Shown piece after piece: positions 16,128 through 25,927 of a stretch of DNA of 59,465 nt (its first letter is position 1; each line of letters opens with the position of its first letter). Origin of the DNA: an uncultured virus (IMG/VR IMGVR_UViG_3300026203_000001). Lineage: Duplodnaviria; Heunggongvirae; Uroviricota; Caudoviricetes. The stretch is taken from IMG/VR virus record IMGVR_UViG_3300026203_000001. One strand, 5' to 3'. Position numbers and translations under genes: made by a program. The notes under the pieces were generated by a model. The model saw only the letters and a program-made list of their open reading frames with translations. It was not told the origin of the DNA and did no database searches.

Positions 16128-16933
16128 TTGTTTTTGTGGTAATTAATTGCCTTCATAGCACGAGATATACGACCTTGAACGTTATCGTGTATCATATACT
16201 CGGCATTGATTGAGTAATTAAAAGCGTGTTCTAAATCCCAATCTTTATCAGTCGCAGTATTGACTGTCATATCATACCACCCTTTCTCTAAGTAAATACG
16301 TGGTATAGGTATATATTGTGCTAATGGAGTACCTGCTTTCACAAGTGTTCCATCTGTGCCACTATCCATAACGTGCCATTGTAATTGCACGTTAACTTGC
16401 ATAGCATATCTAGGATCAAAGATCCCAGTTACAGCAGTAAAACGATCTTCATTATTCCAATGAACGTGTTGTTGTAATAGAACAACATCATCACTAGATG
16501 TCAGTCGCCAAGGTGTTTCCACCTTAATTATGTGTGCTAATGTGTCACGTGGACTGTCAATTAATGGAATAACCTGTTCTGGTGCGTGATTACTAATGTA
16601 ATTAGTGTGCCTTGAGAATCTGCCAGGGGTTTCCCAAGTAAAAGATGCACCGTCACCATTTGTGATAATAATAAAATCCATAGGTGCAACAACTACCCAT
16701 CCCATTCTCGCAATTTGCTTGATACCAGGGCAGTTTGAACTATTCTGTGATCCTTGAAAAGGGCATTGCTTTTCCTTTACTTCTTTTTCTTGCCACGCAC
16801 GTTTTATACTAGACGTTGGTTTGACTGGATAACATTCTGCCAATCCAGGCTCCAAACTGTGAAATCTAACCCAAGGTTTTGGTTCTTTCTTTTTCTTTTT
16901 AAATAAGTTCAGCACGTAATTCATCCCCTCCAT
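16124..16933 (-). CDS. Hypothetical protein, possible dUTPase-like beta-clip fold (DUF6065-like)
   Basis: CPG...G.V..AP.D; K...PW; GTPLAQYIP. Confidence 0.7.
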   Translation of the reverse strand: MEGMNYVLNLFKKKKKEPKPWVRFHSLEPGLAECYPVKPTSSIKRAWQEKEVKEKQCPFQGSQNSSNCPGIKQIARMGWVVVAPMDFIIITNGDGASFTWETPGRFSRHTNYISNHAPEQVIPLIDSPRDTLAHIIKVETPWRLTSSDDVVLLQQHVHWNNEDRFTAVTGIFDPRYAMQVNVQLQWHVMDSGTDGTLVKAGTPLAQYIPIPRIYLEKGWYDMTVNTATDKDWDLEHAFNYSINAEYMIHDNVQGRISRAMKAINYHKNK

Positions 16934-18539
16934 AGATGTAGTCTCTTAAGTATTCATAATGTGTAGGGCAGTCATCACTCTCAACAAAGTCATAGACTTC
17001 CTTTGAGTATTTTGAATGACTGTTTGAAACAAATGTAAGTTCATCTGGATCACGTTCAGTCAACCAATCTCGACCTAACATCATTCCTTGACCTGCTGCT
17101 ATGTAGTTCATACCATTCATATTCACATCCATAGTCTGATCTAAATCTAATGATGATCCTAATCTTTCATAGTTATCATTAACTCTTACCAAACCATCAA
17201 ACTGCTCTGTCATATACTCGTTTCTTTGTGAACACCACCTCCAATAAGGATTATCTGTTCTTTGTGATAGAGCATAGTGCATAGCAACAAACTTACCAAA
17301 TCCAATTACTTCTCTCTGTGCTGCGTAGTTATACCAGTTTCTTTCTATTTGTGTTACATATCCTCTTCTTCTTGATAACACATCTACCAGTCTGAGTACA
17401 TTTTCGTGTGTTGTTAACAGTCCCGTTGACTCTAATGGTTCAACAAATCCATAAGACAGTCCAATAGCAACAACATTCAAGTTCCACGCTTTTTCGTGAT
17501 ACCCGTGTTTTATATCAATAGTTCCTACCTCATACTGGTCTGGTGATACATTATATTTTTCTTGTATCCACGTTTCAAACTCTTGTCTAGTCTCTGTTTC
17601 CATTGCAAATCGAGATGACCAACAGTATCCAACTCCGATCCTATTCCATAGTGGTATTGACCACATCCACCCATTTTCTGATGCTTGACAGTCAGTCACG
17701 TTGTGCATATGTTTCTCTCTTTCATCTTGTGTGAGGTATGGTATGCGTGCAAAAAATGCTTTATCGTTTGCTAAATCATTAAATTTAATAAACCTAGTAC
17801 CCATATACTCTTCTAATAGGACTGACTTGAACCCTGTACAGTCAATAAACAAGTCTCCAATAACACCAACAGTCCTCTTATCTTCATTTAATCTGACTGC
17901 TAACTGTTTAATATATCTGTTTGAGACTGCGGGTGAACCACCTGCGTTTATATCTTTTACTGATCCCCTAACCTCACCTCTGATATGTGTAAATCTATCA
18001 TCAAAGTTATCACAATACTCATCCCTTAGATACTCTGCAAACTTTTCAGCATCTAAATGATATGCAACGTCAGTTAACCAGTTAAAGTTTCTCCATCTGT
18101 TATCTCTGTTATCCCATTGCTTATTATGTTTTACTAATGCACAGTTTTCTTTGTTAAAGAACTCTGCAAATGTTTCTGGAGGATATTCTTCTGGGTTCAT
18201 TCTTGCAAGATCGAACCAATCTTTCATACCTTCTATGGTATCGTTATAGTCATATTTACCAAATGGATATTGAAATACTGTTCCCTTCTCTCTAAAATCT
18301 GTAAACTGAATACTGTTCTTATATGTTGCATTACACTTAGGCATCCAATCCTTATCTTCTAGACCTAGTGCTTTTAAATACTTGTTAAAATGACCTAATG
18401 TAGATTCTCCTACACCTACTGTGGGTTTATCTGATTCAATTAGAATTACATTTGTCCACGGGCAGCACTTTAACAATGCAGCAGCAGTCATCCAACCTGA
18501 TGAACCACCACCTACAATAACAATGTTTTCAACTTTCAT
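16899..18539 (-). CDS. Flavin-dependent halogenase, tryptophan halogenase (PrnA/RebH) family
   Basis: GGGSSG, GVGEST, catalytic Lys in ATYK, FIDCTGF, WMWSIP, FVEPLESTG. Confidence 0.9.
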   Translation of the reverse strand: MKVENIVIVGGGSSGWMTAAALLKCCPWTNVILIESDKPTVGVGESTLGHFNKYLKALGLEDKDWMPKCNATYKNSIQFTDFREKGTVFQYPFGKYDYNDTIEGMKDWFDLARMNPEEYPPETFAEFFNKENCALVKHNKQWDNRDNRWRNFNWLTDVAYHLDAEKFAEYLRDEYCDNFDDRFTHIRGEVRGSVKDINAGGSPAVSNRYIKQLAVRLNEDKRTVGVIGDLFIDCTGFKSVLLEEYMGTRFIKFNDLANDKAFFARIPYLTQDEREKHMHNVTDCQASENGWMWSIPLWNRIGVGYCWSSRFAMETETRQEFETWIQEKYNVSPDQYEVGTIDIKHGYHEKAWNLNVVAIGLSYGFVEPLESTGLLTTHENVLRLVDVLSRRRGYVTQIERNWYNYAAQREVIGFGKFVAMHYALSQRTDNPYWRWCSQRNEYMTEQFDGLVRVNDNYERLGSSLDLDQTMDVNMNGMNYIAAGQGMMLGRDWLTERDPDELTFVSNSHSKYSKEVYDFVESDDCPTHYEYLRDYIYGGDELRAELI

Positions 18540-18541
18540 AA

Positions 18542-20026
18542 TTAATTCCCTTGCTCATTATATAGGTACTTTTCATAGTATTCATATGCGTTCGGGTATC
18601 TCCCCAAAGTCTGATCCATAAAGGTTCTTCTTAGGATCGGTTCTTCAAAATCTGCTATCTTAAAACCATTTCTTGTAGATAACATTTCATAATGTTCTGG
18701 CATTATATCATATTCATAACCTCCTAGCAAGTATGCTTCACCTTCTGATGTGTAATTAATGCTTTGTATTTGTTCCCAATCACGTGTAAGTAAATCTGGA
18801 AACTCTCCATTAGAATCCATATCTGTGTATTCTTTCCAAAACGGTGTATCATCTCTATAACCCATAGTATAATGTTTCACAACAAAATCTCTGAATGATG
18901 TAAATTTATTTCTGACTGAGTGATTAAATTGCTCTCGTTGAAATCCGTTCCATTTATTAGACGCTCTGGGTAATACTTGTATGAGTTTAAATAAGAACTC
19001 GTGTACTGAATACAGTCCTCCAGACTCTAATGGTTCTATAAAACCTGCACTTAAACCAATACTCACTACGTTATGTGACCATACTTTCTCTCTAATCCCT
19101 GTTGGCCACTTGAGTAATCTAAACATATTCTCTGGTATATCTACTCCTAGATGCTCTTTAAACTCTGCAAGTGCATCTTCATCTGTAATATATTGTGAGC
19201 AAAAATTATATCCCGTTCCAATTCTATCCCAAGTAGGTACATTCCATACCCATCCCGAACTCAAACCCGTACACTCGGTGTATGGTTGTAATTCTTTTTT
19301 CTTATCTGTATATGGTTTTCTTACCGCCCAAGTAGAATCATTTTTTAATAGTGTACTCCAATCCACCCATTTTACGTCAAGGTGGTTCATTAATAATGCA
19401 CGAAATCCAGTGCAATCTATGAAGAGATCACCATCAATGTACCTATCCCCACCGCCAAGGTAAACTCTGCTAACCCCATCCACGCAGGATTGAATGTCAG
19501 TGACCGTACCTTTAATGTGTTTAACACCTTTTGGAATTGCATAATGATCTCTTAAAAAATCTCCGAATAATAGTGCGTCAACGTGATAACCCACGAATCT
19601 TTCTAAAAATGGAGGATAAAGACGGTTGACTTCAATAGGGTCTATAACATCTGAGAATACCCTACAAAAGGTCATACTGTCAATATTTCTACCTCTCCTC
19701 CAATTATAATACTCGGTCAGAGGTATATTCGTGCCTCTTGGACCAAATGGATAATGAAATGAACCGTTTTGATTGAAGTTAGTAAACTTGACACTGTGTT
19801 TATATGTTGCATTACATTTAGGCATCCAATCTTCATCTTTGAGACCGAGATACCGTATAAAGGTATTAAAAAACTGTGTCGTGCTTTCACCGATTCCGAT
19901 TCTTGGAATGTTTGCTTCGACAACAGTTATTTCTTTACCAGTTCCTTCAAAATGTCTTGACAACATACTTGCTGTCATCCACCCTGCACTACCACCTCCG
20001 ATAATGCAGATTCTATCTAACTTCAT
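18542..20026 (-). CDS. Flavin-dependent halogenase, tryptophan halogenase family (second paralog)
   Basis: GGGSAG, GIGEST, ATYK, FIDCTGF, WVWNVP, FIEPLESGG. Confidence 0.9.
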   Translation of the reverse strand: MKLDRICIIGGGSAGWMTASMLSRHFEGTGKEITVVEANIPRIGIGESTTQFFNTFIRYLGLKDEDWMPKCNATYKHSVKFTNFNQNGSFHYPFGPRGTNIPLTEYYNWRRGRNIDSMTFCRVFSDVIDPIEVNRLYPPFLERFVGYHVDALLFGDFLRDHYAIPKGVKHIKGTVTDIQSCVDGVSRVYLGGGDRYIDGDLFIDCTGFRALLMNHLDVKWVDWSTLLKNDSTWAVRKPYTDKKKELQPYTECTGLSSGWVWNVPTWDRIGTGYNFCSQYITDEDALAEFKEHLGVDIPENMFRLLKWPTGIREKVWSHNVVSIGLSAGFIEPLESGGLYSVHEFLFKLIQVLPRASNKWNGFQREQFNHSVRNKFTSFRDFVVKHYTMGYRDDTPFWKEYTDMDSNGEFPDLLTRDWEQIQSINYTSEGEAYLLGGYEYDIMPEHYEMLSTRNGFKIADFEEPILRRTFMDQTLGRYPNAYEYYEKYLYNEQGN

Positions 20027-20048
20027 ATGTCAGTAGTTTGTACTACTA

Positions 20049-20057
20049 ATTATAACA
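20049..20057 (-). promoter_or_regulatory. Extended -10 promoter (TGnTATAAT) for the halogenase/oxygenase operon
   Basis: TGTTATAAT 22 bp upstream of the halogenase ATG. Confidence 0.6.
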
Positions 20058-20063
20058 CTTTCG

Positions 20064-20591
20064 TCAACCTGCTCCCAGTTCATCATATGCACCACCCCAG
20101 TTAGAATATCTCTCCCAACAAGGTTGCTCTTGTGATGATATTTTGCAAGGTCTATTTACACTTGGTTCTTGTCCGTCACTCATAAATTCTGCTACTTCCT
20201 CTTCAGTCATAGTGGGATCCATTGGTTCCGCTACACTTGAGGGTGCAGTAGTCGCTGCCTTTACTCCTTTAATATGGTTAAACCATATTGAATCAGCAGC
20301 ACCTAAATCTCTTCCCGCTGCAATGTCTTTGTAGAGCATATCTAATTGTTCCCCGATTTCACCATACGCTACAATGCGAGCAGTAGCAGGGTCTGTATAT
20401 GATTCTGTTCTTTCTACCCAGATCATATCAGCAGCAGCAGGACTCCATTCTAGTGTCCACGCTTTTGTTACGTTATCAGGTGCGTTTACCCACATCTGTG
20501 AACAACCTCTACCAAAGAATAGTGTATATTCTTCCCCAGGTTCTACAACGTCAGCAACGTAACCAGTAAAATCCATTAATGCTTTTTTCAT
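20064..20591 (-). CDS. Tail-fibre-associated protein (assembly/chaperone-like)
   Basis: R..AY..IGEQLDMLYKDI...W...IK.VK motif typical of small genes following fibres. Confidence 0.65.
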   Translation of the reverse strand: MKKALMDFTGYVADVVEPGEEYTLFFGRGCSQMWVNAPDNVTKAWTLEWSPAAADMIWVERTESYTDPATARIVAYGEIGEQLDMLYKDIAAGRDLGAADSIWFNHIKGVKAATTAPSSVAEPMDPTMTEEEVAEFMSDGQEPSVNRPCKISSQEQPCWERYSNWGGAYDELGAG

Positions 20592-20600
20592 AGTAACCTC

Positions 20601-21401
20601 TTATTTGTAGTTGATAACAGTAACAACACCATACTTACCGTTTGAACCACGGAAACTATGGAAGTGTCCACCTGACCCACCTGCACCATACGCTGCGTGA
20701 TCTTCGTGGTTATGTGAGAAGTTACCACCGTTTGGCCAACCTCCTGATACAGCACCACCAAAGTGAGAAGAACCTCCGACTCCTCCACCACCACCGTGGT
20801 GTGACTGTCCTCCTCCACCCCAAACATTGAGGTCTCCACCAGAACCATTACGCCCTAGTCCACCTGAGTGTTGGTTGTTTCTATTAGCACCGTGTCCACC
20901 ACCTGCTGATAGATATGGTCCAAATGATGATGAACCACCATCACCACCGTGTCCGAAGTACCAAGTACCTCCTCCGCCACCACCAACTGTGATACCAACT
21001 GAAGATATATTTACTACATTCAACACACGTTCTGAATATCCACCCGCAGCACCTGATTCTCCGTGACCTGACGCTCCACCGCCACCACCTTGAACTCTGA
21101 TATGTATATACTTAACTCCACTTGGTCTATTCCAAGTTCCGTTACCTGTCCATACCTGTAAGGATGAAATGTTCTCTGAACTAACATCAGTCCAACTCAT
21201 AGTTGAACCGTTTGTGGTTAAAAATTTCCCATTTTGACCACTAACAGACGGTACAATCTGACTGGATGAACCAGACATCGTTCCGTTTATAGTGATATTG
21301 CTAACTGTTAAGTTTCCGTTAGCAGTGATGTTACCTGAAGCAAGGGAAAAACCACCAATGCCAGACAGGTCTCTTATAGATGCAACTTTTAGGGTACTCA
21401 T
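20601..21401 (-). CDS. Virion fibre/adhesin-like protein with glycine-rich domain
   Basis: MSTLKV N-terminus; W..PSGV...V.GGGGG Gly-rich domain; late promoter upstream. Confidence 0.8.
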   Translation of the reverse strand: MSTLKVASIRDLSGIGGFSLASGNITANGNLTVSNITINGTMSGSSSQIVPSVSGQNGKFLTTNGSTMSWTDVSSENISSLQVWTGNGTWNRPSGVKYIHIRVQGGGGGASGHGESGAAGGYSERVLNVVNISSVGITVGGGGGGTWYFGHGGDGGSSSFGPYLSAGGGHGANRNNQHSGGLGRNGSGGDLNVWGGGGQSHHGGGGGVGGSSHFGGAVSGGWPNGGNFSHNHEDHAAYGAGGSGGHFHSFRGSNGKYGVVTVINYK

Positions 21402-21426
21402 TTTGCCTGTTTAATTTTCCTAATGT

Positions 21427-21434
21427 TATTTATA
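21427..21434 (-). promoter_or_regulatory. T4-type late promoter TATAAATA
   Basis: Exact consensus in intergenic space. Confidence 0.8.
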
Positions 21435-21445
21435 CCTTGAAGCGG

Positions 21446-22300
21446 TTAACTATAGTTATGCACGTGTATAAGCACGAGATAAGGATTACCAGTTCCAGGG
21501 ATTTCGTGGTTGTGAATTGAAATATCTGCTCTTTGCATTACTCCACTTGCTCCACTACCGTTACTATAAAACACGTTACAACCGTAACCGTTTACAGTCC
21601 ACCCAGTAGGTGTACCTGTACCACCCTCAAAACGGGTATATACCTGCATTAAGGTTGCTTTTAATGTGTTATCAACTGGTGCATTTGATAGATTGATAGT
21701 GTAGTTTCCACCACCTGTTTTTCTAACAAAAATATTACCACTATCGTTCCAGTTATGGTTTACCGTACCAGATGTCTGATAGTAGTAAATATGTTCCTGT
21801 AAACCTGCGTGTGATAATGTTCCAGTAAATGTACCGTGACCAGATTGTATATCTTGGAATTGTGCGAAAGACAAATCATCGTCACCGATCATAGTCCAAG
21901 TTGCACCGTTCTCAATAGTTACGGTATATCCATTATTAATCTGTATCGGACCTGCTGAAAAACCATTGGTAAACTCTACACCACCATTGAATGAAGGTCC
22001 AACAGTGATATTTTCTTCTATATTTGTTCCGTTGGTTCTAATAATTGAGTTTTCACCAACAGAAGGACCACCACCACCTACATCATCCCAACCTGGGTTT
22101 CCTGCATTGGCATCCTGTAGATAAATCTGTGCTTGGTCTTCAGTCGTGTTATAGACCAAAGTACCATAAGCAGGTGTACCAAGTGCATCAATCTGCGATT
22201 GGTTCAACGGTGGAAGATTTAACTGTTCTGATATAGACCAAGCAGTTACAAGACCTCTTGTCGCTGCCTGTATCTGATTACCATTAATCTTTGTGGTCAT
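21446..22300 (-). CDS. Tail fibre-like virion protein
   Basis: G.LVYNTT and SIIRTN...I.ENIT...SAGPI motifs; CTAAATA at 22322-22328. Confidence 0.75.
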   Translation of the reverse strand: MTTKINGNQIQAATRGLVTAWSISEQLNLPPLNQSQIDALGTPAYGTLVYNTTEDQAQIYLQDANAGNPGWDDVGGGGPSVGENSIIRTNGTNIEENITVGPSFNGGVEFTNGFSAGPIQINNGYTVTIENGATWTMIGDDDLSFAQFQDIQSGHGTFTGTLSHAGLQEHIYYYQTSGTVNHNWNDSGNIFVRKTGGGNYTINLSNAPVDNTLKATLMQVYTRFEGGTGTPTGWTVNGYGCNVFYSNGSGASGVMQRADISIHNHEIPGTGNPYLVLIHVHNYS

Positions 22301-22324
22301 AGTGTTCTACAGTCCTATTACTAT

Positions 22325-25300
22325 TTAGATAACAAGTTCCCTGATCTGGATAGTATCATTTTGTTGCGGTGCAGTGCTGATACTAAAGTCAACTGCATTA
22401 CCAGTAACTGTGTAATCTACACCTGGGATTTGACATACACCATTCAAGAATACAAGAAGAGAATATGCTGTGTGACCTGCTGATATTGCAAATGAAGTTG
22501 TTGATCCATTACCTGAGTAAGTAACACCGTTATTACTGTTAGCAATACCAGTTGCCAATCTATATTTATCAGCAGCACCATATAATCCAGTAACATCTAA
22601 ATTACCATCAATATATGTGTTACCTTGTATCTTCATTCTATTATTTGCGTCAGGCATCACACCTATACCATAATGAGTCACACCACTAAATCTTCTTGCA
22701 GTAATTGGCGTGGTATCTGTCATACCAAACTTATACCAAGTTCCTGCCTGATACATCCAACCCATTGAGTCACCTGCTACCCAATCAATATTGTATATAA
22801 TATCTCCGTCATTAAACGCTAGTGACCCATCAATGTCTGGTTGACCTGATCCATCATCCTCTGCTAAGAATGTCTGTCTAAGAACTGTACCATCATCATT
22901 TGAGTATGTAAGTCTTAGAGTTTGTATATTTTCCTGTGCAGTAATTCTCTTTTGGAATGTAACTGGACCTGAGAATACAGATTCTAACTGGTTAGATGCA
23001 CCACCAATTACAGTCAGTTTATCAGTCAGAACAACCTCAGAGAATGTCTGAATGGTTGTGTTTTCTTCACCAACAACATTCAACTGTGCAATATCTTCGT
23101 TAGTGATCTGACCTGTAACTGGGTTGATAACTTGGTTTCCAACAAATAGTTCACCATCACTGTTAACACCAGAGTAGTATGCAACACCCGCTGCTTCTTT
23201 CAACGACTGTGACAGTCTGACTTGTGCAGGGGATAAAACTTCTACCTGAGTTGACGGGAACGCTGTTGAGTAGTTTCCAGGTCCGAAACCTAGATACTCA
23301 AACGTATGACCTGACGCTCTAAGAATAGAATAACGTCTAAGTTCACATAATATAGGTGCAACTGAGTTATCAGCATTTAATTTCAGTGCAATCTTTCTTT
23401 CTTCTTCATCACCTAAACGTGCAGTAACAACAATACTGTTCAATGTATTTGCTGTAGTGTTATATCCTAAATTATTTTCCTGTTCTAGTAAGAAGAACTG
23501 TGCAGTCTCTTTTGTGATTGAAAGTTGCTTATCCTCATTTGGATTAGGTGATGCACCATCAGTTGTTGTTACAAGTCCTAGTACCTCGTTGTCTGCAACT
23601 GAGATAGCAGGTCCTGGGTCTGCAAGTGGATTATCTCTGTCAAATGTAGGATATACGTCAACAGTCTGCTGTGAAAATGCGAAGTCATCAAAGTTTGATG
23701 TTGCAGGTGACACACTACCATTAAGTATGGTTAGATAATAGATACCATCAGCGACACCACGTTCAAACTCTTGGAATGTCTCAACTTCAAAGATATAATA
23801 TGTCTTATCATATGCAGGAGAGTTAGTCTCGGATGATCTAGGTTGTATAACAAAACCAGTAATAGGAGTTCTAGGAACTGGGAAGGCATCCTTGTCTAGT
23901 ACATATCTAAATCTATAGATTCTATCCTTAAGGTCTCTTGCATCTGGAACTCTACGGATGAATGTGGTAGGTGTAAATCCTAAGTTGTTATATTGACTGT
24001 TTGCAATCAGTGTAGTGTAGATGTCATTATTTGCTGAGTCAACCTGTATGTACCAGTTAGATTGGTTGGTATCATATTTGATTGGGTTTGCATCATCACC
24101 TGGGGATGTACCTGTAACTTCTGGTCCAGAAGGGTCAATCTTTGCAGTATGTGTTGTAGGAGCAGAAGCACCCGCTGCAACTAATAATACATTTAAAGTA
24201 TCAGGTAATGTAGGTGAATCTTTTCTTGCACCTATTGTATAACCCTGTATCTTTGAGGGTGGTTTACCATTCTGATTGGTGTAACCATAAAGATATAATT
24301 TTGTTGGGTCTGCTGCTGCTTTTATCTTCTGAATATCTAATGTAACCCAGTTGACTGATATTTCTGGAACGTCAGATAGATCTTTAGGAGGTATAACGTG
24401 TGTTATTTGCCCTGCTTTATCTTTTGTAAATGCTGCTGACTTAAATCCTTTTGATCTTAAAGATGTATTACCAAAGTTTGAGTTAGAGTTAGTAATTGAT
24501 AAGTCACCACCACTATCTGAGAAGAAGTGATCACCAAAACCAACAGCGAAAACAGAAACCACCTGTATGAACGAGTCGTTTGATGCTTTGATATGAACGT
24601 GTCGCCAACCTTTTCTATACTTTGCTAGACCATCAATATGTGCACCAGAACCCGCTGCTTGTGCTTCGTAGTTACCTGTTGAAGCGTTGTATTTAACAAA
24701 AGCACGGTCGTCTTTTTGTAGTGAGATACCCGTAAACTGGGCAACAACCATAGATTTGAAACCAGTTGCTTGTGAACCATCTGCGTGCATACCGTTGATT
24801 CCCCAAACTGATCTTAATGAACAGTTGAATACGTATGGTGATGCAGAGTCAACTGTATCAATCTCAACTTTAACCAATACGTTAGAACCGATAGCATTAC
24901 CAGTTGGTTCAGAACTCATCTGATATGTAAACTGGTTGCCCTGTGCTGACGTTACAAGGAAGGATCCGTTATATAAATTTGCATCTGCCTCAGTAGGGCC
25001 CGTGACCCCTGAGATATTGACCGCGACCCCGACAGAGAAACCGTGATTAACAGGATTATCTTGTATGTCAACAGTAAACGCTGTCGCTGTCTGTCCGTTT
25101 CTGATGATCTGTGAGACTCTGAATTCATCTGAGATAGGTCCAACAATTCTATTTTCTTCTACTCTTGCCTGTAACTGGTCTTGTGCGATAGTACCAGAAG
25201 TATCAGGGATGGTTGCATATGCCTTAGAAATCTTTTGATAATAAAGATCTAGGTCTGTAGTATTCGCATACTCAAAACAAGTTATCTTATGATGTGAGAA

Positions 25301-25900
25301 GTTAGGTGCAATAGTATCAGTAAGTTCTGGTCTGTAATATACACCGTTGTTGTCCCCATCAAAGAATGACATCTGCCAGAAATAGCATCCACCAGTCAGT
25401 CTGAATATAGCAGAAGTTCCTGGTTCGTTAGCAGAGGATATACCTAATGATGCTTGTGTTGTAGGATATGGAACATACTTAGGTACAATTTTTGTACGTC
25501 TTAAGTCTGATCCAACAACAGAAACACCCCTTGGGCATATAACTCCACCATTAACAGAGTTAAATTTATATAAGATGTTATTTGAGGAAGTTAAGTCAAA
25601 GTTTGAGTTTTCATCAAATGGAGTGATCTCTCCAAACGTAGCAACCCCAGGTCTGTTATCTATAACATACTCTGAGGGATATAGGTAAATACTAAATGCG
25701 TCAAATTCGTCATTACTTAAACCAACTCTATATGAAAATCTTGCTACTTCTAAAAAGGCACGTTGCAACGTCTTAAAAGGTCGCAATGCCGAGTTACCTC
25801 GGTTGTCATACGCATCCGACGCATCGAAGTCGTCGGGGTTGACGTATATAATACGACCAGTCCTCGACGTGATGATATTTTTAAGACGAGTTAATGCCAT
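22325..25900 (-). CDS. Large virion structural protein (fibre/beta-helix-like)
   Basis: 1191 aa; IYV.P.D.DASD...G....PFKT.QRA N-terminus; CTAAATA at 25921-25927. Confidence 0.85.
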   Translation of the reverse strand: MALTRLKNIITSRTGRIIYVNPDDFDASDAYDNRGNSALRPFKTLQRAFLEVARFSYRVGLSNDEFDAFSIYLYPSEYVIDNRPGVATFGEITPFDENSNFDLTSSNNILYKFNSVNGGVICPRGVSVVGSDLRRTKIVPKYVPYPTTQASLGISSANEPGTSAIFRLTGGCYFWQMSFFDGDNNGVYYRPELTDTIAPNFSHHKITCFEYANTTDLDLYYQKISKAYATIPDTSGTIAQDQLQARVEENRIVGPISDEFRVSQIIRNGQTATAFTVDIQDNPVNHGFSVGVAVNISGVTGPTEADANLYNGSFLVTSAQGNQFTYQMSSEPTGNAIGSNVLVKVEIDTVDSASPYVFNCSLRSVWGINGMHADGSQATGFKSMVVAQFTGISLQKDDRAFVKYNASTGNYEAQAAGSGAHIDGLAKYRKGWRHVHIKASNDSFIQVVSVFAVGFGDHFFSDSGGDLSITNSNSNFGNTSLRSKGFKSAAFTKDKAGQITHVIPPKDLSDVPEISVNWVTLDIQKIKAAADPTKLYLYGYTNQNGKPPSKIQGYTIGARKDSPTLPDTLNVLLVAAGASAPTTHTAKIDPSGPEVTGTSPGDDANPIKYDTNQSNWYIQVDSANNDIYTTLIANSQYNNLGFTPTTFIRRVPDARDLKDRIYRFRYVLDKDAFPVPRTPITGFVIQPRSSETNSPAYDKTYYIFEVETFQEFERGVADGIYYLTILNGSVSPATSNFDDFAFSQQTVDVYPTFDRDNPLADPGPAISVADNEVLGLVTTTDGASPNPNEDKQLSITKETAQFFLLEQENNLGYNTTANTLNSIVVTARLGDEEERKIALKLNADNSVAPILCELRRYSILRASGHTFEYLGFGPGNYSTAFPSTQVEVLSPAQVRLSQSLKEAAGVAYYSGVNSDGELFVGNQVINPVTGQITNEDIAQLNVVGEENTTIQTFSEVVLTDKLTVIGGASNQLESVFSGPVTFQKRITAQENIQTLRLTYSNDDGTVLRQTFLAEDDGSGQPDIDGSLAFNDGDIIYNIDWVAGDSMGWMYQAGTWYKFGMTDTTPITARRFSGVTHYGIGVMPDANNRMKIQGNTYIDGNLDVTGLYGAADKYRLATGIANSNNGVTYSGNGSTTSFAISAGHTAYSLLVFLNGVCQIPGVDYTVTGNAVDFSISTAPQQNDTIQIRELVI

Positions 25901-25927
25901 CTAGGATTTCCTTCTGTTTCTATTTAG

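Noticed and set aside
20588..20848. Val-rich alternative-frame ORF
   Set aside because: By-product of GGT repeats in the Gly-rich gene.
20601..21401. Gly-rich protein as a RiPP precursor for the halogenase cluster
   Set aside because: It has a fibre-type N-terminus and a late promoter, and no leader/core layout, peptidase or transporter is nearby; a structural protein fits better.
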